Part shown: one piece after another, positions 38,650 to 48,243 of the stretch | How positions within the stretch are numbered: the stretch's first letter is position 1 | Layout: every line of letters begins with the position of its first letter | Position numbers and translations under genes: made by a program | Assembly (NCBI GenBank): GCA_902803475.1 | Contig: CADCPZ010000211.1 | Span: 1 to 48,370, forward strand | Direction: 5' to 3' | DNA length: 48,370 nucleotides | Source of the DNA: an uncultured Prevotellaceae bacterium | Lineage (GTDB): Bacteria > Bacteroidota > Bacteroidia > Bacteroidales > Bacteroidaceae | Notes under the pieces: model-generated | Databases searched by the model: none | What the model was told of the DNA's origin: nothing | Seen by the model: only the letters and a program-made list of their open reading frames with translations

Positions 38650-41600
38650 TTACTTTATTTTTTGAAGCCATTGAATTTCAGAAACGGTCATGGTGTAGGT
38701 GCCTTTGATATTGATGGTGCCCTTCTGCTGTGTCACCACCCCACTCTTTCGATCTACAGTAAAAAGCCGATACGTTCCTGAAGGAAGCTGCAACGTCACT
38801 TGCTTATCGCCACCCTCAGCATAAAGTAATGCCCCGACTTGGTCATTTTGAAGAACATATACACCTGCATCAGCATTGGTCGGTTTTGTTGGATGCATCA
38901 TCGGAAGATCAGTAAGAAGCTGTGCATTGTTGATACGAACAGCAGGACATGAAGCTCCGGCCATCAGGGCCGCCCAAGCCATCTCTGGGAAACTCTTTGC
39001 ATAATAGACTACTGCCTTTTCCGGGAAGGCATCACGGTATTCTCGAACAGAGCGATAGGCATCTTCGAAGCGTACACCTCCCGCTTTTATTTTACGTGCA
39101 TATTGTCGCGGTGCCATATTGACGCCGCCATCTGGTGCATAAAGTCCTTTCTGATGGTAATACCACTGTACAATACCGATGATATCAACCACTTTAGAAC
39201 GCGCAGGGTCAGCCAATATTGCATCCTGCACATCCTTGTTGACGGCTAACGCAACAAGCACGTTTTGTCCGTTGGCTTGTTCCCATTCAGCAATTACATC
39301 AAGCCAGAACTGCACAAAATGTAATGGACCTGTGAATTCTTCACCGATGGAATGTATCACATTTGGCTGATCCTTTAAGGCATCGAGAGTTTGCATAATG
39401 TATTGTTTATGCAGTTCGCGTCGAACGGGATGATTGACGTCGTAGAAATATTCCGCCATAAAAATTCGCTTGTCTCCTGTAAATGGAACAGGCTCTGGGA
39501 AATCAGTATGATTGATATTGTTGGCCGTTCGCCACGGACAATCTACCCAGTGTGCTCCTGCCTCCAGGATATTATGCTGGAAATAATGTTCTATCCATAA
39601 TAGTTTTCCTTCTGGAGCAGCCTTCCTTGCATATTCATGAAGACGTGCATAGTACCATTTATTCAACTTGGTAAGATCATATTTGCTTAGTCCGTCCCAT
39701 GCTTTTGACTCACCACTACGGGCAAACGGTTGTTCATAAAATGGTGCCCAGACATCGCCATCGCGTCTGCGAATACGTTCGTGGTCATCTCTTCGACGAT
39801 CATACCATAATCCGTAGTTCTGGCTGAATACTAGACTATTGTCTCGTTTCATTTCAACAATTACTGAATCTATTCTGTCAGTAGCTCCCTTACCCTCCAT
39901 ACCTGGAATAAAGCGTGTTAGCGCATAAGTGGCACGGGCTATAGCTGGATAGCGTACACGTCCGTTCCACCAGGGAGTCTGGTGTTTGCCTCCAACCATC
40001 AGAGAACCGTCAAGTGTTAGGTGCCCATTAATCAGTTCTGGCGAGGAAATGTTCTTGCAATTGTCTATATGCTTCGTGTATTGGGTAAATTTTGGCAGTT
40101 TAGTACCTTGTGAAAGTAGATCAGCAGGCAAGATAGCTTCTTTTATCCAATTCTCCATCGTAACACGCGGTTGTCTTGCCTCGGTCGTAAAACGCTTTGC
40201 CTCCTCTATGGAGGGACTGCTTGATGCTTCTGTATTACGTTCAAGCACGCGGCATTGTGCTGCAACGTCATGTCCCAATCGTTTGGAAAGCAGGTGTGCA
40301 AAGATACTGCGGGGCTTTACGTGATTATTGGATTCATCGAAATAGCTGTTACCTTCAAACTGAGCCCAACATCCATACACATAATTTTTCTGTATAGAGT
40401 CAGGGTCGTAGCAGAAGATTCCTGCCGCTGTTGATTGCCATAAAAGACTGTTAGCCGTATTCCAGCCAGTACCATACTTCTCTATTCCAAGGTTTTGGAA
40501 ACGGATATCGTTGCCGTCAATATTGACATTGTCGAATAAAAGTCCTGTTGCCCAAGGACCAATGCTTCCACTGAATGAATTCGATTCGTGGCTGTCACAT
40601 TGCACAAATGCATTCGGTCCTGCTGCACAAATACCAGCTGAGAAGTCGTTTACTCCGTGTTCTGAGTAACAACGCTGCACGAGTACCTTCTCTCCGAGCA
40701 CAAAGAATGTACGTCTGCGGAGACCTCCACACTCCCCTATCGGTTGTCGTGAGATACAGTCTTCGATAGTTATCTGTTCTCCTGAACGTTGAATAATAAC
40801 CGCAGAACCGGAAAGATGCTGAAAGTCAACTATACGCACCCAACAGTCTCGCGCGTTCATTATATTAATACCATCCCAGCAGTGATCTTCATCGGCAGGA
40901 TTACCTGTATCGTATTCTGAATCGATGGTGAGATTTTCCACACCAGCGTTTTCGATGCGTCCTGTCCAAAATTGACGGATGATCTTTGCTCCTGAAGCTT
41001 TTGCATCGAGCGTCATAGACAACGGAGCATCGATGGTAACCGTTTGTCCTGAAACGGAAACAGCCCGTCTGGTCCATTCGACATCGATTTCTCCCGGATG
41101 CCATCCCCAATAACCGAGATCCTTGCCCCCTCCATAGTTGTCGCATTGCATGGAGGCAATCCACTCCTTTGTTGACGGGCGCCAAACAACTAATTCATCA
41201 CCTTTACTTATATGTCCGCTAACGGGTACTTCGAGACTGTTTAAAGCAATTGTTTCAGCCGTAATAGAAAGCGTATCCAGACGTTGCCGATTGTCGATAC
41301 CCTCGATATAAATCGCAGCACCGCGTTCAACGCCACACTTTCGGATAATCGTTGATGTCTTGTCTGCTCCTCGTAGCACCACCCCCGATGCACGAATGTA
41401 GATAGGTCGTTGGATGTTGTATGTTCCTTTTTCTAAAAGAACCGCTCCTCGAAACCCTGTATTCTTGTCGGGTTTCAGTCCCGAAACATAGTCAATAGCT
41501 TGCTGGATAACAGCAGCCTGATCACCCTGCGACGGAGCCACGATTGCAACTACAGGTACATTGGGTAACGTACTTTCCGACATTCGGTATCCGCAATACG

Positions 41601-41679
41601 AATAATCTAACGTTGAGGGTTGTGCAGATGTTTGCACAACCCCCCATGCTAAAGCGATGAAGAAGATGAATTTTCTCAT
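38650..41679 (-). CDS. Large secreted protein: pectate-lyase-like beta-helix + DUF6298-type C-terminal domain
   Basis: Signal peptide; DYSYCGY, IQQAID.V, RGAVLL..GTY, SGVVLRG, WATGLLFDN. C-terminal NYGLWYDRRRDDHER, FYEQPFARSG, IGEEFTGP. Confidence 0.75.
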   Translation of the reverse strand: MRKFIFFIALAWGVVQTSAQPSTLDYSYCGYRMSESTLPNVPVVAIVAPSQGDQAAVIQQAIDYVSGLKPDKNTGFRGAVLLEKGTYNIQRPIYIRASGVVLRGADKTSTIIRKCGVERGAAIYIEGIDNRQRLDTLSITAETIALNSLEVPVSGHISKGDELVVWRPSTKEWIASMQCDNYGGGKDLGYWGWHPGEIDVEWTRRAVSVSGQTVTIDAPLSMTLDAKASGAKIIRQFWTGRIENAGVENLTIDSEYDTGNPADEDHCWDGINIMNARDCWVRIVDFQHLSGSAVIIQRSGEQITIEDCISRQPIGECGGLRRRTFFVLGEKVLVQRCYSEHGVNDFSAGICAAGPNAFVQCDSHESNSFSGSIGPWATGLLFDNVNIDGNDIRFQNLGIEKYGTGWNTANSLLWQSTAAGIFCYDPDSIQKNYVYGCWAQFEGNSYFDESNNHVKPRSIFAHLLSKRLGHDVAAQCRVLERNTEASSSPSIEEAKRFTTEARQPRVTMENWIKEAILPADLLSQGTKLPKFTQYTKHIDNCKNISSPELINGHLTLDGSLMVGGKHQTPWWNGRVRYPAIARATYALTRFIPGMEGKGATDRIDSVIVEMKRDNSLVFSQNYGLWYDRRRDDHERIRRRDGDVWAPFYEQPFARSGESKAWDGLSKYDLTKLNKWYYARLHEYARKAAPEGKLLWIEHYFQHNILEAGAHWVDCPWRTANNINHTDFPEPVPFTGDKRIFMAEYFYDVNHPVRRELHKQYIMQTLDALKDQPNVIHSIGEEFTGPLHFVQFWLDVIAEWEQANGQNVLVALAVNKDVQDAILADPARSKVVDIIGIVQWYYHQKGLYAPDGGVNMAPRQYARKIKAGGVRFEDAYRSVREYRDAFPEKAVVYYAKSFPEMAWAALMAGASCPAVRINNAQLLTDLPMMHPTKPTNADAGVYVLQNDQVGALLYAEGGDKQVTLQLPSGTYRLFTVDRKSGVVTQQKGTINIKGTYTMTVSEIQWLQKIK

Positions 41680-41681
41680 TA

Positions 41682-42287
41682 TTAATTCTTCTGTTTTTCT
41701 TTTTGTCTCTGTATCCACTGGTCGCGTTCTTTCTGTAAGTCATACCCTCTTGCCGATAACCAGTTGTTGGTACGTCCGCGATATTTGTCAAACCAAAAAT
41801 GCTTGCCTTTAGAATCAGGTGCATCCAAAGCAAACTCCCTTGCCTCACGCAACCAGATGAGTACCTGTTGCTTTTCAAAGTCCGAGAGCGTAGGTATCAT
41901 GTCCTGTGTAGCCTGATAGTCGCGCTTCAATCGTCCGAACGTCATACCGTCCTTCACGGCATCGATCTGCTCATCAGTGAGATAGGCTGCGAGAGCCGAC
42001 TGCAATTCGAAGTGGTGCTTGTAGAGTTCTGCGTCGCATTCCGGTGTTCCCTTCTTGAACTTCTCGTAGATGTCGTTCAACAGGAAGTAGCGGTTGGCAA
42101 TGATATTGCGTACCGCACGAGCTTGTTTCTGATCAGTAAGCTGAAGACCGTCAACGATTTTCTGTGCACGGCCTTTAATATTCTCCACATAGGCAGAATC
42201 ACGCCCTTCGTCGTTCAGCACTACAAGTTGTGCATTTGCTGTGAGAGTAAGCAGCGAAACCATCGCTGCAAGCAGTACCTTTTTCAT
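41682..42287 (-). CDS. DUF3826-type secreted protein
   Basis: RAQKIVD.L, IIANRY..LN, VKDGMT.G, EAREFA.DA, HFWF.KYRGR.NNWLS..GY. Confidence 0.7.
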   Translation of the reverse strand: MKKVLLAAMVSLLTLTANAQLVVLNDEGRDSAYVENIKGRAQKIVDGLQLTDQKQARAVRNIIANRYFLLNDIYEKFKKGTPECDAELYKHHFELQSALAAYLTDEQIDAVKDGMTFGRLKRDYQATQDMIPTLSDFEKQQVLIWLREAREFALDAPDSKGKHFWFDKYRGRTNNWLSARGYDLQKERDQWIQRQKEKQKN

Positions 42288-42293
42288 ATGTTA

Positions 42294-44042
42294 TTACATC
42301 AATTTTCCTTTTTCAGCAAGCACATCGCGGTTGTTGTTCAGATTACGCCAGTCAATCTTTGTTTTCGGGTCGATGCCATTGATATATTTCTCAATGTTCG
42401 TGTATCCGTCACCATTGATGTCCCCATTGGCATCGGCCGGATCGTTCGGATTCAGACCATTCATCAACTCCCATTCATCGGGCATACCGTCCATATCGGT
42501 ATCGGTATATGGTGTATAAGCCGCATACTCCGGATAACCTCCCATCTGGCGTGGGTCGGTGATAATACCTTGCTTGTAGCTGTCTTTCGGCAGACGACGA
42601 TATTTGAAGAATCCTTCATCATTCTGCGAACTCTTGTGCAGTCCCCACATGGATCCGTAGGGATTGTCCTTCACTTTCTTCTCATATTTATCAACGTAGT
42701 AAGCCTGCCCGGTACGTACCTCTTCGGTAATGCGCTGGTCAACGATATCGCGACACGGAATCGTTGCACCCGCATTGTCAAGTACCCAGTCGAAAGCCTT
42801 CTGCGCACCCATGATGTTGACATACGGCATTTCGAACGGTTCATTCGAACGCATCAGAGCCTTTTCCGTTTCATTCATCTCACCGTCTTTGTCTGCTGTC
42901 TGTATGCCACCATTCCAATTGTCTTTCGTGATTTCCGGATATCCCTCCATAATATTGCCGGCAGCATACACACGGCCAAACTGCTTGAACGGGAACAGGT
43001 TTACTGAGCGGCTTTCTGCTTTCACGATGCGGTGTCCGACTGGATCTTCTTTCGAAGTCAATGGACCTGGCTTGTAATAGTTGTTGATGAAATTCATCAT
43101 CGTGGTATATTCGCCGCCGTCAGCAGTACGGTGTACCCAGTTGTAAATCACATTATTGATGAAGTTGAACACACCGCCCCATCCTATTGAGGGGTTACGA
43201 CCGGTGTTATCGGCCCATAAGTTACGCATAAACGTTGTATTCTCGCCACCAATGGTACTTCCGAATGCGTGGTTCCAAGTGTCGAGTGCCTTTGCCGAGA
43301 TGGTGTTCTGAATAGTCACATTCACCGTCGGCTCCTTGCGCTTTGGTTTGCCGTCGCCCAAGTCGAACATGTGGCGGTAGAAAGAGATGTTCTCATCCAG
43401 TCCCCACTCACAACTACAATGATCGATCATTATATTACCTACAGGGTTACCGCCAAACGAGTCCTCACGATAAGTCACCTCTGTTTCGCCGCGACGGAAA
43501 CGCATGTGACGAACGATGACATCGTGCGTATCCACTTGGAACGATTCACCGGCGATACAGATTCCTTCGCCTGGAGCAGTCTGTCCAGCGATAGTGATAT
43601 AAGGAGCACGAACGTAGATAGGACTTTTCAGACGGATGATGCCGCTGACATTGAACACCACGATACGTGCACCACCCTGTTCGCATGCCCAACGGAACGA
43701 ACCAGGACCGTCGTCGTTGAGGTTTGTTACGGTGAGCACCTTACCGCCACGACCGCCAAAAGTGAACATACCGCCACCCTCTGCTCCTGGGAATGCAGGA
43801 ATCTTTGCTTGACGAAGGTCGTAAGGACGTGCTGCCCAGGGTACGTATGGGCGACCTTCTTTCGCCTCTTTAATTACAATGGGGAATGCTACAGCCCAAG
43901 CGGAATCACTATGCGCTTCCCACTGTCGGTGTAGGGTTTCTGACTTTTGTTTAGCCTCGTCCGTCAATTGCGGATACTGAGCCTGTGCAGACATCGGCAG
44001 CAACGCGATAACACAGGCTGTCGTAAAATGATTTAGTTTCAT
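42294..44042 (-). CDS. Polysaccharide lyase family 1 (pectate lyase)
   Basis: IPAFPGAEGGG, GGRGG, VTNLND.GPGS.R, IAGQTAPG, IDHCS..WG.DE, RNP, DTDMDGMPDEWE. Confidence 0.9.
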   Translation of the reverse strand: MKLNHFTTACVIALLPMSAQAQYPQLTDEAKQKSETLHRQWEAHSDSAWAVAFPIVIKEAKEGRPYVPWAARPYDLRQAKIPAFPGAEGGGMFTFGGRGGKVLTVTNLNDDGPGSFRWACEQGGARIVVFNVSGIIRLKSPIYVRAPYITIAGQTAPGEGICIAGESFQVDTHDVIVRHMRFRRGETEVTYREDSFGGNPVGNIMIDHCSCEWGLDENISFYRHMFDLGDGKPKRKEPTVNVTIQNTISAKALDTWNHAFGSTIGGENTTFMRNLWADNTGRNPSIGWGGVFNFINNVIYNWVHRTADGGEYTTMMNFINNYYKPGPLTSKEDPVGHRIVKAESRSVNLFPFKQFGRVYAAGNIMEGYPEITKDNWNGGIQTADKDGEMNETEKALMRSNEPFEMPYVNIMGAQKAFDWVLDNAGATIPCRDIVDQRITEEVRTGQAYYVDKYEKKVKDNPYGSMWGLHKSSQNDEGFFKYRRLPKDSYKQGIITDPRQMGGYPEYAAYTPYTDTDMDGMPDEWELMNGLNPNDPADANGDINGDGYTNIEKYINGIDPKTKIDWRNLNNNRDVLAEKGKLM

Positions 44043-44199
44043 ACAACTTTTATTTTTGTGTCAAATTTTTATTTTTTAGACGTATCTATAGGTGAAATGT
44101 AACATTGTGAAAACACTATTTAACGATAGGACTGCCGACTTTACAACAGTTCATTAACTATTTTTAAGTGACAAATATACAATAATTATCTAAAATCGT

Positions 44200-44230
44200 T
44201 TTGTTAAGCCGAATTAAACTGATAATTTTG
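44200..44230 (+). promoter_or_regulatory. sigma-A promoter of the second pectate lyase
   Basis: TTTG 44200-44203, 19-nt spacer, TAATTTTG 44223-44230. Confidence 0.65.
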
Positions 44231-44274
44231 CAGTCGAAACCCAATCTGAAATTACAAATCTAAAGCAACAAAAA

Positions 44275-46953
44275 ATGAGAAAGCTATTAGTTGTCGCCTT
44301 TATCTCTTCGATGGGATTTTCGGCAATGGCACAGGACATCGACTTCGACCTCCCAGGTAAAACTGCTCCAGGCAAAGACACAGAAGTAAACTATGAGTCG
44401 TGGGCCGTCCCACGTGCCGAGAGCGATACCAAAACATTCAGCAACGGAGTCACCATCACCATCAGTGCCGGTGAAGGGGCATCGGCTGTTGGTAGTAACT
44501 GGAGCAAAACCGATGTAGAAACTAATGGCCTTCGTGTGATTGCCGATGAGGTATTGGCCACCAATATTGTAGATGGTAATCTGACACAAATCACTGATGC
44601 TCCTACATCACTGATTCTCACCATCACGGGTCTTTCAGCTGGGGAACATACCTTGAAAGCCTATCATAACAACTCCGACAAGAATCAGGTTCAACCCGAT
44701 ATTGAGGTTCTGGTCAATGGTACCGTTGTTGCCACCAAGCAAAAGTTCACTTCGTATGTACGCAGCACCGCTGAGGCTGGTACATCGTTTGTACGTTTCA
44801 ATGTCACCGAAGGCCAGCCCGTCGTCATCACCTACCGCACCGTCTTAGAGGCTGGAAAGACCTATACCAACACCCGAATGATGCTGAATGGCTTGGAATT
44901 TGATGTGGCAGAGGTTGTTGCTACCGATCCCATTCCTGAGAATCACAACTTTCACGCCGGCACCGATGATGGTACGATTAACTTCTCGTGGACGAGTGGC
45001 GCGAATGTTGTCTCCCACAAGCTGGTGATTGGCACCGACTCCTTACAGGTTGCTAACGCCACCACCTATGATTATGAGGGAACGGCTGCGGAATATACGA
45101 AAAGCGGTTTGTATCCGATGACCAAATACTGGTGGCGTGTCGATGAGGTAACCAGCGACAATCAGGTGCACAAAGGAAACGTATGGGTATGTCAGCCACG
45201 CAAACTTGCCTTCCCAGAGGCCGAAGGCTACGGTCGCTATGCTATCGGTGGACGCGGAGGAATGGTCTATCATGTCACCAACCTCAGTGGCAACAAAGAT
45301 GTGCCAGGATCATTGCTCTACGGATTGGTCAACATCAACGAACCACGTTATATCGTATTTGATGTCAGCGGTATCATCGAACTTGACTTCAGTTCCTATT
45401 TCGTCAAACCATACGCTTATATTGCTGGACAGACAGCCCCAGGGAAAGGCATCTGTATCAAAGCATCCAATATCAATATCGGTTCCGATGTCATCGCTCG
45501 ACACATACGCTTCAAACGCGGACTTGGTGTCTATGGCGAAAACACAGGAAATGCGATGGGTATGTCGGGAGCCAACCACGCCATCGTTGACCACTGTACG
45601 GCTGCATGGGGTACCGACGAGACCGTCAGCGGACGCGGTGCGCTGAATATCTCATTCCAGTATAGTGTCATCAGCGAAGCATTGGGTATCACCGGACATA
45701 AGAACTACAGCGACGGCACCAATCACGGCTATGCTGCTACCATCGACGGACGTATTGGCTCTTGGCACCACAACCTGCTGGTCAACTGCAACGGACGTAA
45801 CTGGTCTATGGGTGGAGGTATGGACGGACAGAATCGTCCGATCGGCGGACTCGACTTATTTAATAATGTATGTTACAACTGGAAGGGACGTACCACCGAC
45901 GGCAACTGCCACGCAGTGAACTTCGTTAACAACTACTACAAGATGGGTGCTGATACCAGCAAGAAAATTCTCTTTACACAAGACTATGAAGATGCTATTG
46001 CCCCTGACGGCATCGACCAGGCATATATCAACGGCAACATCCGCGAGGAGAAAAACCACACCATCGTCATGCAGGAATATGCCCTCGACAAGCGCAACAA
46101 CATCTTCAACGCTACGGGTAACATTCCTACCACCTACGAGTATCAGCTGACAGAACCGCTGTACCCATCCTATGCTGTCATCCATACGGCAAAGGATGCC
46201 ATGAAGATTGTGACGAGCTACAGCGGTGCCACGATGCCGATGCGCGACGAGCATCACCTCCGTAACGTCAAGGAAACCTTGAGCGGCACATGGACCTACA
46301 AAGGTTCCAAGTCGGGCATCAAGGGGGAAATCGACACTGAGGAAGATATCACCGAACACGCTGCAGGCAAAGGCTGGGAAACCTATCCAGAAGAAAGTCG
46401 TGCTGCCGACTACGACACCGACGGCGATGGAATGCCCGACTGGTATGAGCCGCTGGTAGGCAGCGACCCCAATACCGCCAATCAGAACGATGACCCCGAT
46501 AACGATGGTTGGACGATGTTAGAAGATTTCCTCGACTTTATCGCTCATCCCTATATCATAGTATCACCCAACAACAGCGGAACCATCGATGTGAAACCTT
46601 TCTTCGCTGGCTTCTACGGACAGAACGACAAATACAACACCGTGACTCCAACATTCAGCGTAGCCACAGAAAGCAACCTGTTCACCCCATCTGTCAACGG
46701 CTCTGTCGTTACAGCTGCGGCAGGCCCGAATGGTGGCATCGGTACCATTCTGGTAACAGTCAACGATGGTGAAACCACTTTCACCCAACGCTTCGGCGTA
46801 GCCGTTACGGGAACGACGACAGGTATTACGGAAATTACACCTTCTGCTATCCTCAATCCCAATGCTCCCCGCTATAACCTCGCTGGTCAGCGCATAGGTA
46901 ACAACTACAAGGGCATTGTCATACAGAATGGCAGAGCCTTCGTAAGCAAGTAA
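44275..46953 (+). CDS. Multidomain PL1 pectate lyase with Prevotella-type C-terminal secretion tail
   Basis: LAFPEAEGYG..A.GGRGG, IAGQTAPGKG, VDHCT..WG.DE, DTDGDGMPDW.E; tail TGITEI...YNLAGQRI...KGIVIQNG. Confidence 0.9.
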   Translation: MRKLLVVAFISSMGFSAMAQDIDFDLPGKTAPGKDTEVNYESWAVPRAESDTKTFSNGVTITISAGEGASAVGSNWSKTDVETNGLRVIADEVLATNIVDGNLTQITDAPTSLILTITGLSAGEHTLKAYHNNSDKNQVQPDIEVLVNGTVVATKQKFTSYVRSTAEAGTSFVRFNVTEGQPVVITYRTVLEAGKTYTNTRMMLNGLEFDVAEVVATDPIPENHNFHAGTDDGTINFSWTSGANVVSHKLVIGTDSLQVANATTYDYEGTAAEYTKSGLYPMTKYWWRVDEVTSDNQVHKGNVWVCQPRKLAFPEAEGYGRYAIGGRGGMVYHVTNLSGNKDVPGSLLYGLVNINEPRYIVFDVSGIIELDFSSYFVKPYAYIAGQTAPGKGICIKASNINIGSDVIARHIRFKRGLGVYGENTGNAMGMSGANHAIVDHCTAAWGTDETVSGRGALNISFQYSVISEALGITGHKNYSDGTNHGYAATIDGRIGSWHHNLLVNCNGRNWSMGGGMDGQNRPIGGLDLFNNVCYNWKGRTTDGNCHAVNFVNNYYKMGADTSKKILFTQDYEDAIAPDGIDQAYINGNIREEKNHTIVMQEYALDKRNNIFNATGNIPTTYEYQLTEPLYPSYAVIHTAKDAMKIVTSYSGATMPMRDEHHLRNVKETLSGTWTYKGSKSGIKGEIDTEEDITEHAAGKGWETYPEESRAADYDTDGDGMPDWYEPLVGSDPNTANQNDDPDNDGWTMLEDFLDFIAHPYIIVSPNNSGTIDVKPFFAGFYGQNDKYNTVTPTFSVATESNLFTPSVNGSVVTAAAGPNGGIGTILVTVNDGETTFTQRFGVAVTGTTTGITEITPSAILNPNAPRYNLAGQRIGNNYKGIVIQNGRAFVSK

Positions 46954-46999
46954 CGACAGACTGCACACATTTAAAAGGCACCTTTCGGGGTGTCTTTTT
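46937..46999 (+). repeat. Direct repeat copy 1 (last codons of lyase + terminator)
   Basis: 59/63 identical to 47847-47909; contains the AAAAGGCACC..GGTGTCTTTT terminator. Confidence 0.9.
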
Positions 47000-47152
47000 T
47001 TGATTACTGCCATCCCCTCTATCCTATTTTTCGCCAATGCGACCTTCTATTCTATTACCAGAATCGTACGGAATCTACAAAAAAAATGCCGTTTTCTTTT
47101 TATGTTTTAGAAAAACTTGTTATATTTGCAATCGAAACAAAAGAATAAGGGT

Positions 47153-47464
47153 ATGAAGACACGACAAGAATACATGGACTTGATAAGAAGCCACTCTGGC
47201 GAGTTGCGCTCCCGTTTCGGCATAACATCCATGCGAATGTTCGGCTCTGTAGCTCGCAACCAGCACAGCGATGGTAGCGATGTAGACTTGTATGTGACTA
47301 TGCCAGCTAAATTTTACAATTATATTGCAGCGTCCCAGTACCTGGAAGAGATGTTAGGCTGTAACGTAGATTTGGTATGCGAGCATAAGAATCTCAGACC
47401 TTTTTTCAGAAAACAAATAGAGCAAGATGGCATCAATATCTTTTCAACAGCTACAGGTAGTTGA
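47153..47464 (+). CDS. Minimal nucleotidyltransferase (MNT antitoxin)
   Basis: FGSVARN.....SDVDL motif, LEEMLGCNVDL. A TATATTTG -7 box lies at 47121-47128. Confidence 0.9.
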   Translation: MKTRQEYMDLIRSHSGELRSRFGITSMRMFGSVARNQHSDGSDVDLYVTMPAKFYNYIAASQYLEEMLGCNVDLVCEHKNLRPFFRKQIEQDGINIFSTATGS

Positions 47465-47834
47465 AGACCAGCTGCAACAAATCAAGGAAGCAATCCTTAA
47501 TTTGGAAGACTGGAACAAGTCATTAACAAGTGTTGACGACCTGTTGGGTTCTGCTGATGGAACAAAAACTCTTGCTGCCGATTGTATGCTGATAGAAGCA
47601 ATTGGTGAAGGATTCAAGCGTATTGATGCAAAGACCAATCAGCAACTGCTACCAAAACGTCCTGAGATACCTTGGAAACAGGTCATTGGAATGCGAGACC
47701 ATATTGCTCACGGCTATTTCGACATCAATACAGACTTTGTTTGGGATGTAATTCAAAACGACCTTAAGCCTTTGCGAGAAGCTGTAGAGTACTTTCTGGA
47801 CAACCTATATGAAATCGTTACGTTAGAGAGTTGA
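47427..47834 (+). CDS. HEPN/DUF86 ribonuclease toxin (HepT-like)
   Basis: AIGE, PEIPW..VIGMRDHIAHGYF (R-X4-H); overlaps the MNT gene. Confidence 0.9.
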   Translation: MASISFQQLQVVEDQLQQIKEAILNLEDWNKSLTSVDDLLGSADGTKTLAADCMLIEAIGEGFKRIDAKTNQQLLPKRPEIPWKQVIGMRDHIAHGYFDINTDFVWDVIQNDLKPLREAVEYFLDNLYEIVTLES

Positions 47835-47846
47835 AGAGCAGTAATC

Positions 47847-47909
47847 CCTTCGTAAGCAAGTAACGATAAACAGCACACATTTAAAAGGCACCTTTCGGGG
47901 TGCCTTTTT
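47847..47909 (+). repeat. Direct repeat copy 2 with terminator
   Basis: Same sequence as 46937-46999 with 4 substitutions; perfect terminator stem. Confidence 0.9.
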
Positions 47910-47919
47910 GTATAAAAAT

Positions 47920-48242
47920 CCCTTCCTATTCTCACGAGTAGGAAGGGTACGTGGTTAAAAACTTGTCCATTGAAGCCTGACGCATACAAGATGTAGGCGG
48001 GTTTCACGTGTAAAAGAATGGCGGGCTTCACAGCTCACCATTCGCAATAAAATCATATAATCTAAACTTCCATACATGAAATATGGAATTTCTAAACTTC
48101 CTTTTAAACACACCGCTATATCACATAGCAGTGTGTTAATAAAACTTTTTACTTAAACTCAAACGTTTTGTCGTGCTTCACAGCAAAACGAAAACATAAA
48201 ACTAAAACTTAAACTTAATTTAAAAACATCCACTTTTGTGGA
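47920..48242 (-). ncRNA. Candidate structured RNA / long 3' UTR with repeated GUGA-loop hairpins
   Basis: Hairpins at 47920-47947, 48016-48043, 48107-48137 and 48164-48190 all have GTGA in the loop on the minus strand. Linkers are U-rich with repeated AGTTTA. Confidence 0.5.
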
Positions 48243-48243
48243 C

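Larger units (their letters stand above)
47002..47846. mobile_element. Non-autonomous cassette carrying an MNT-HEPN TA pair
   Basis: Terminal inverted repeats GATTACTGC (47002-47010) / GCAGTAATC (47838-47846) abut the 63-bp direct repeats; no transposase. Confidence 0.7.

Noticed and set aside
41799-43007. 402-aa plus-strand ORF
   Set aside because: Antisense shadow of the PL1 and DUF3826 genes; no recognisable motifs.
43269-43934. 221-aa plus-strand ORF
   Set aside because: Antisense shadow of the pectate lyase.
46564-48031. Two minus-strand ORFs sharing KRHPERCLLNVC
   Set aside because: The shared peptide is just the 63-bp direct repeat read in antisense.
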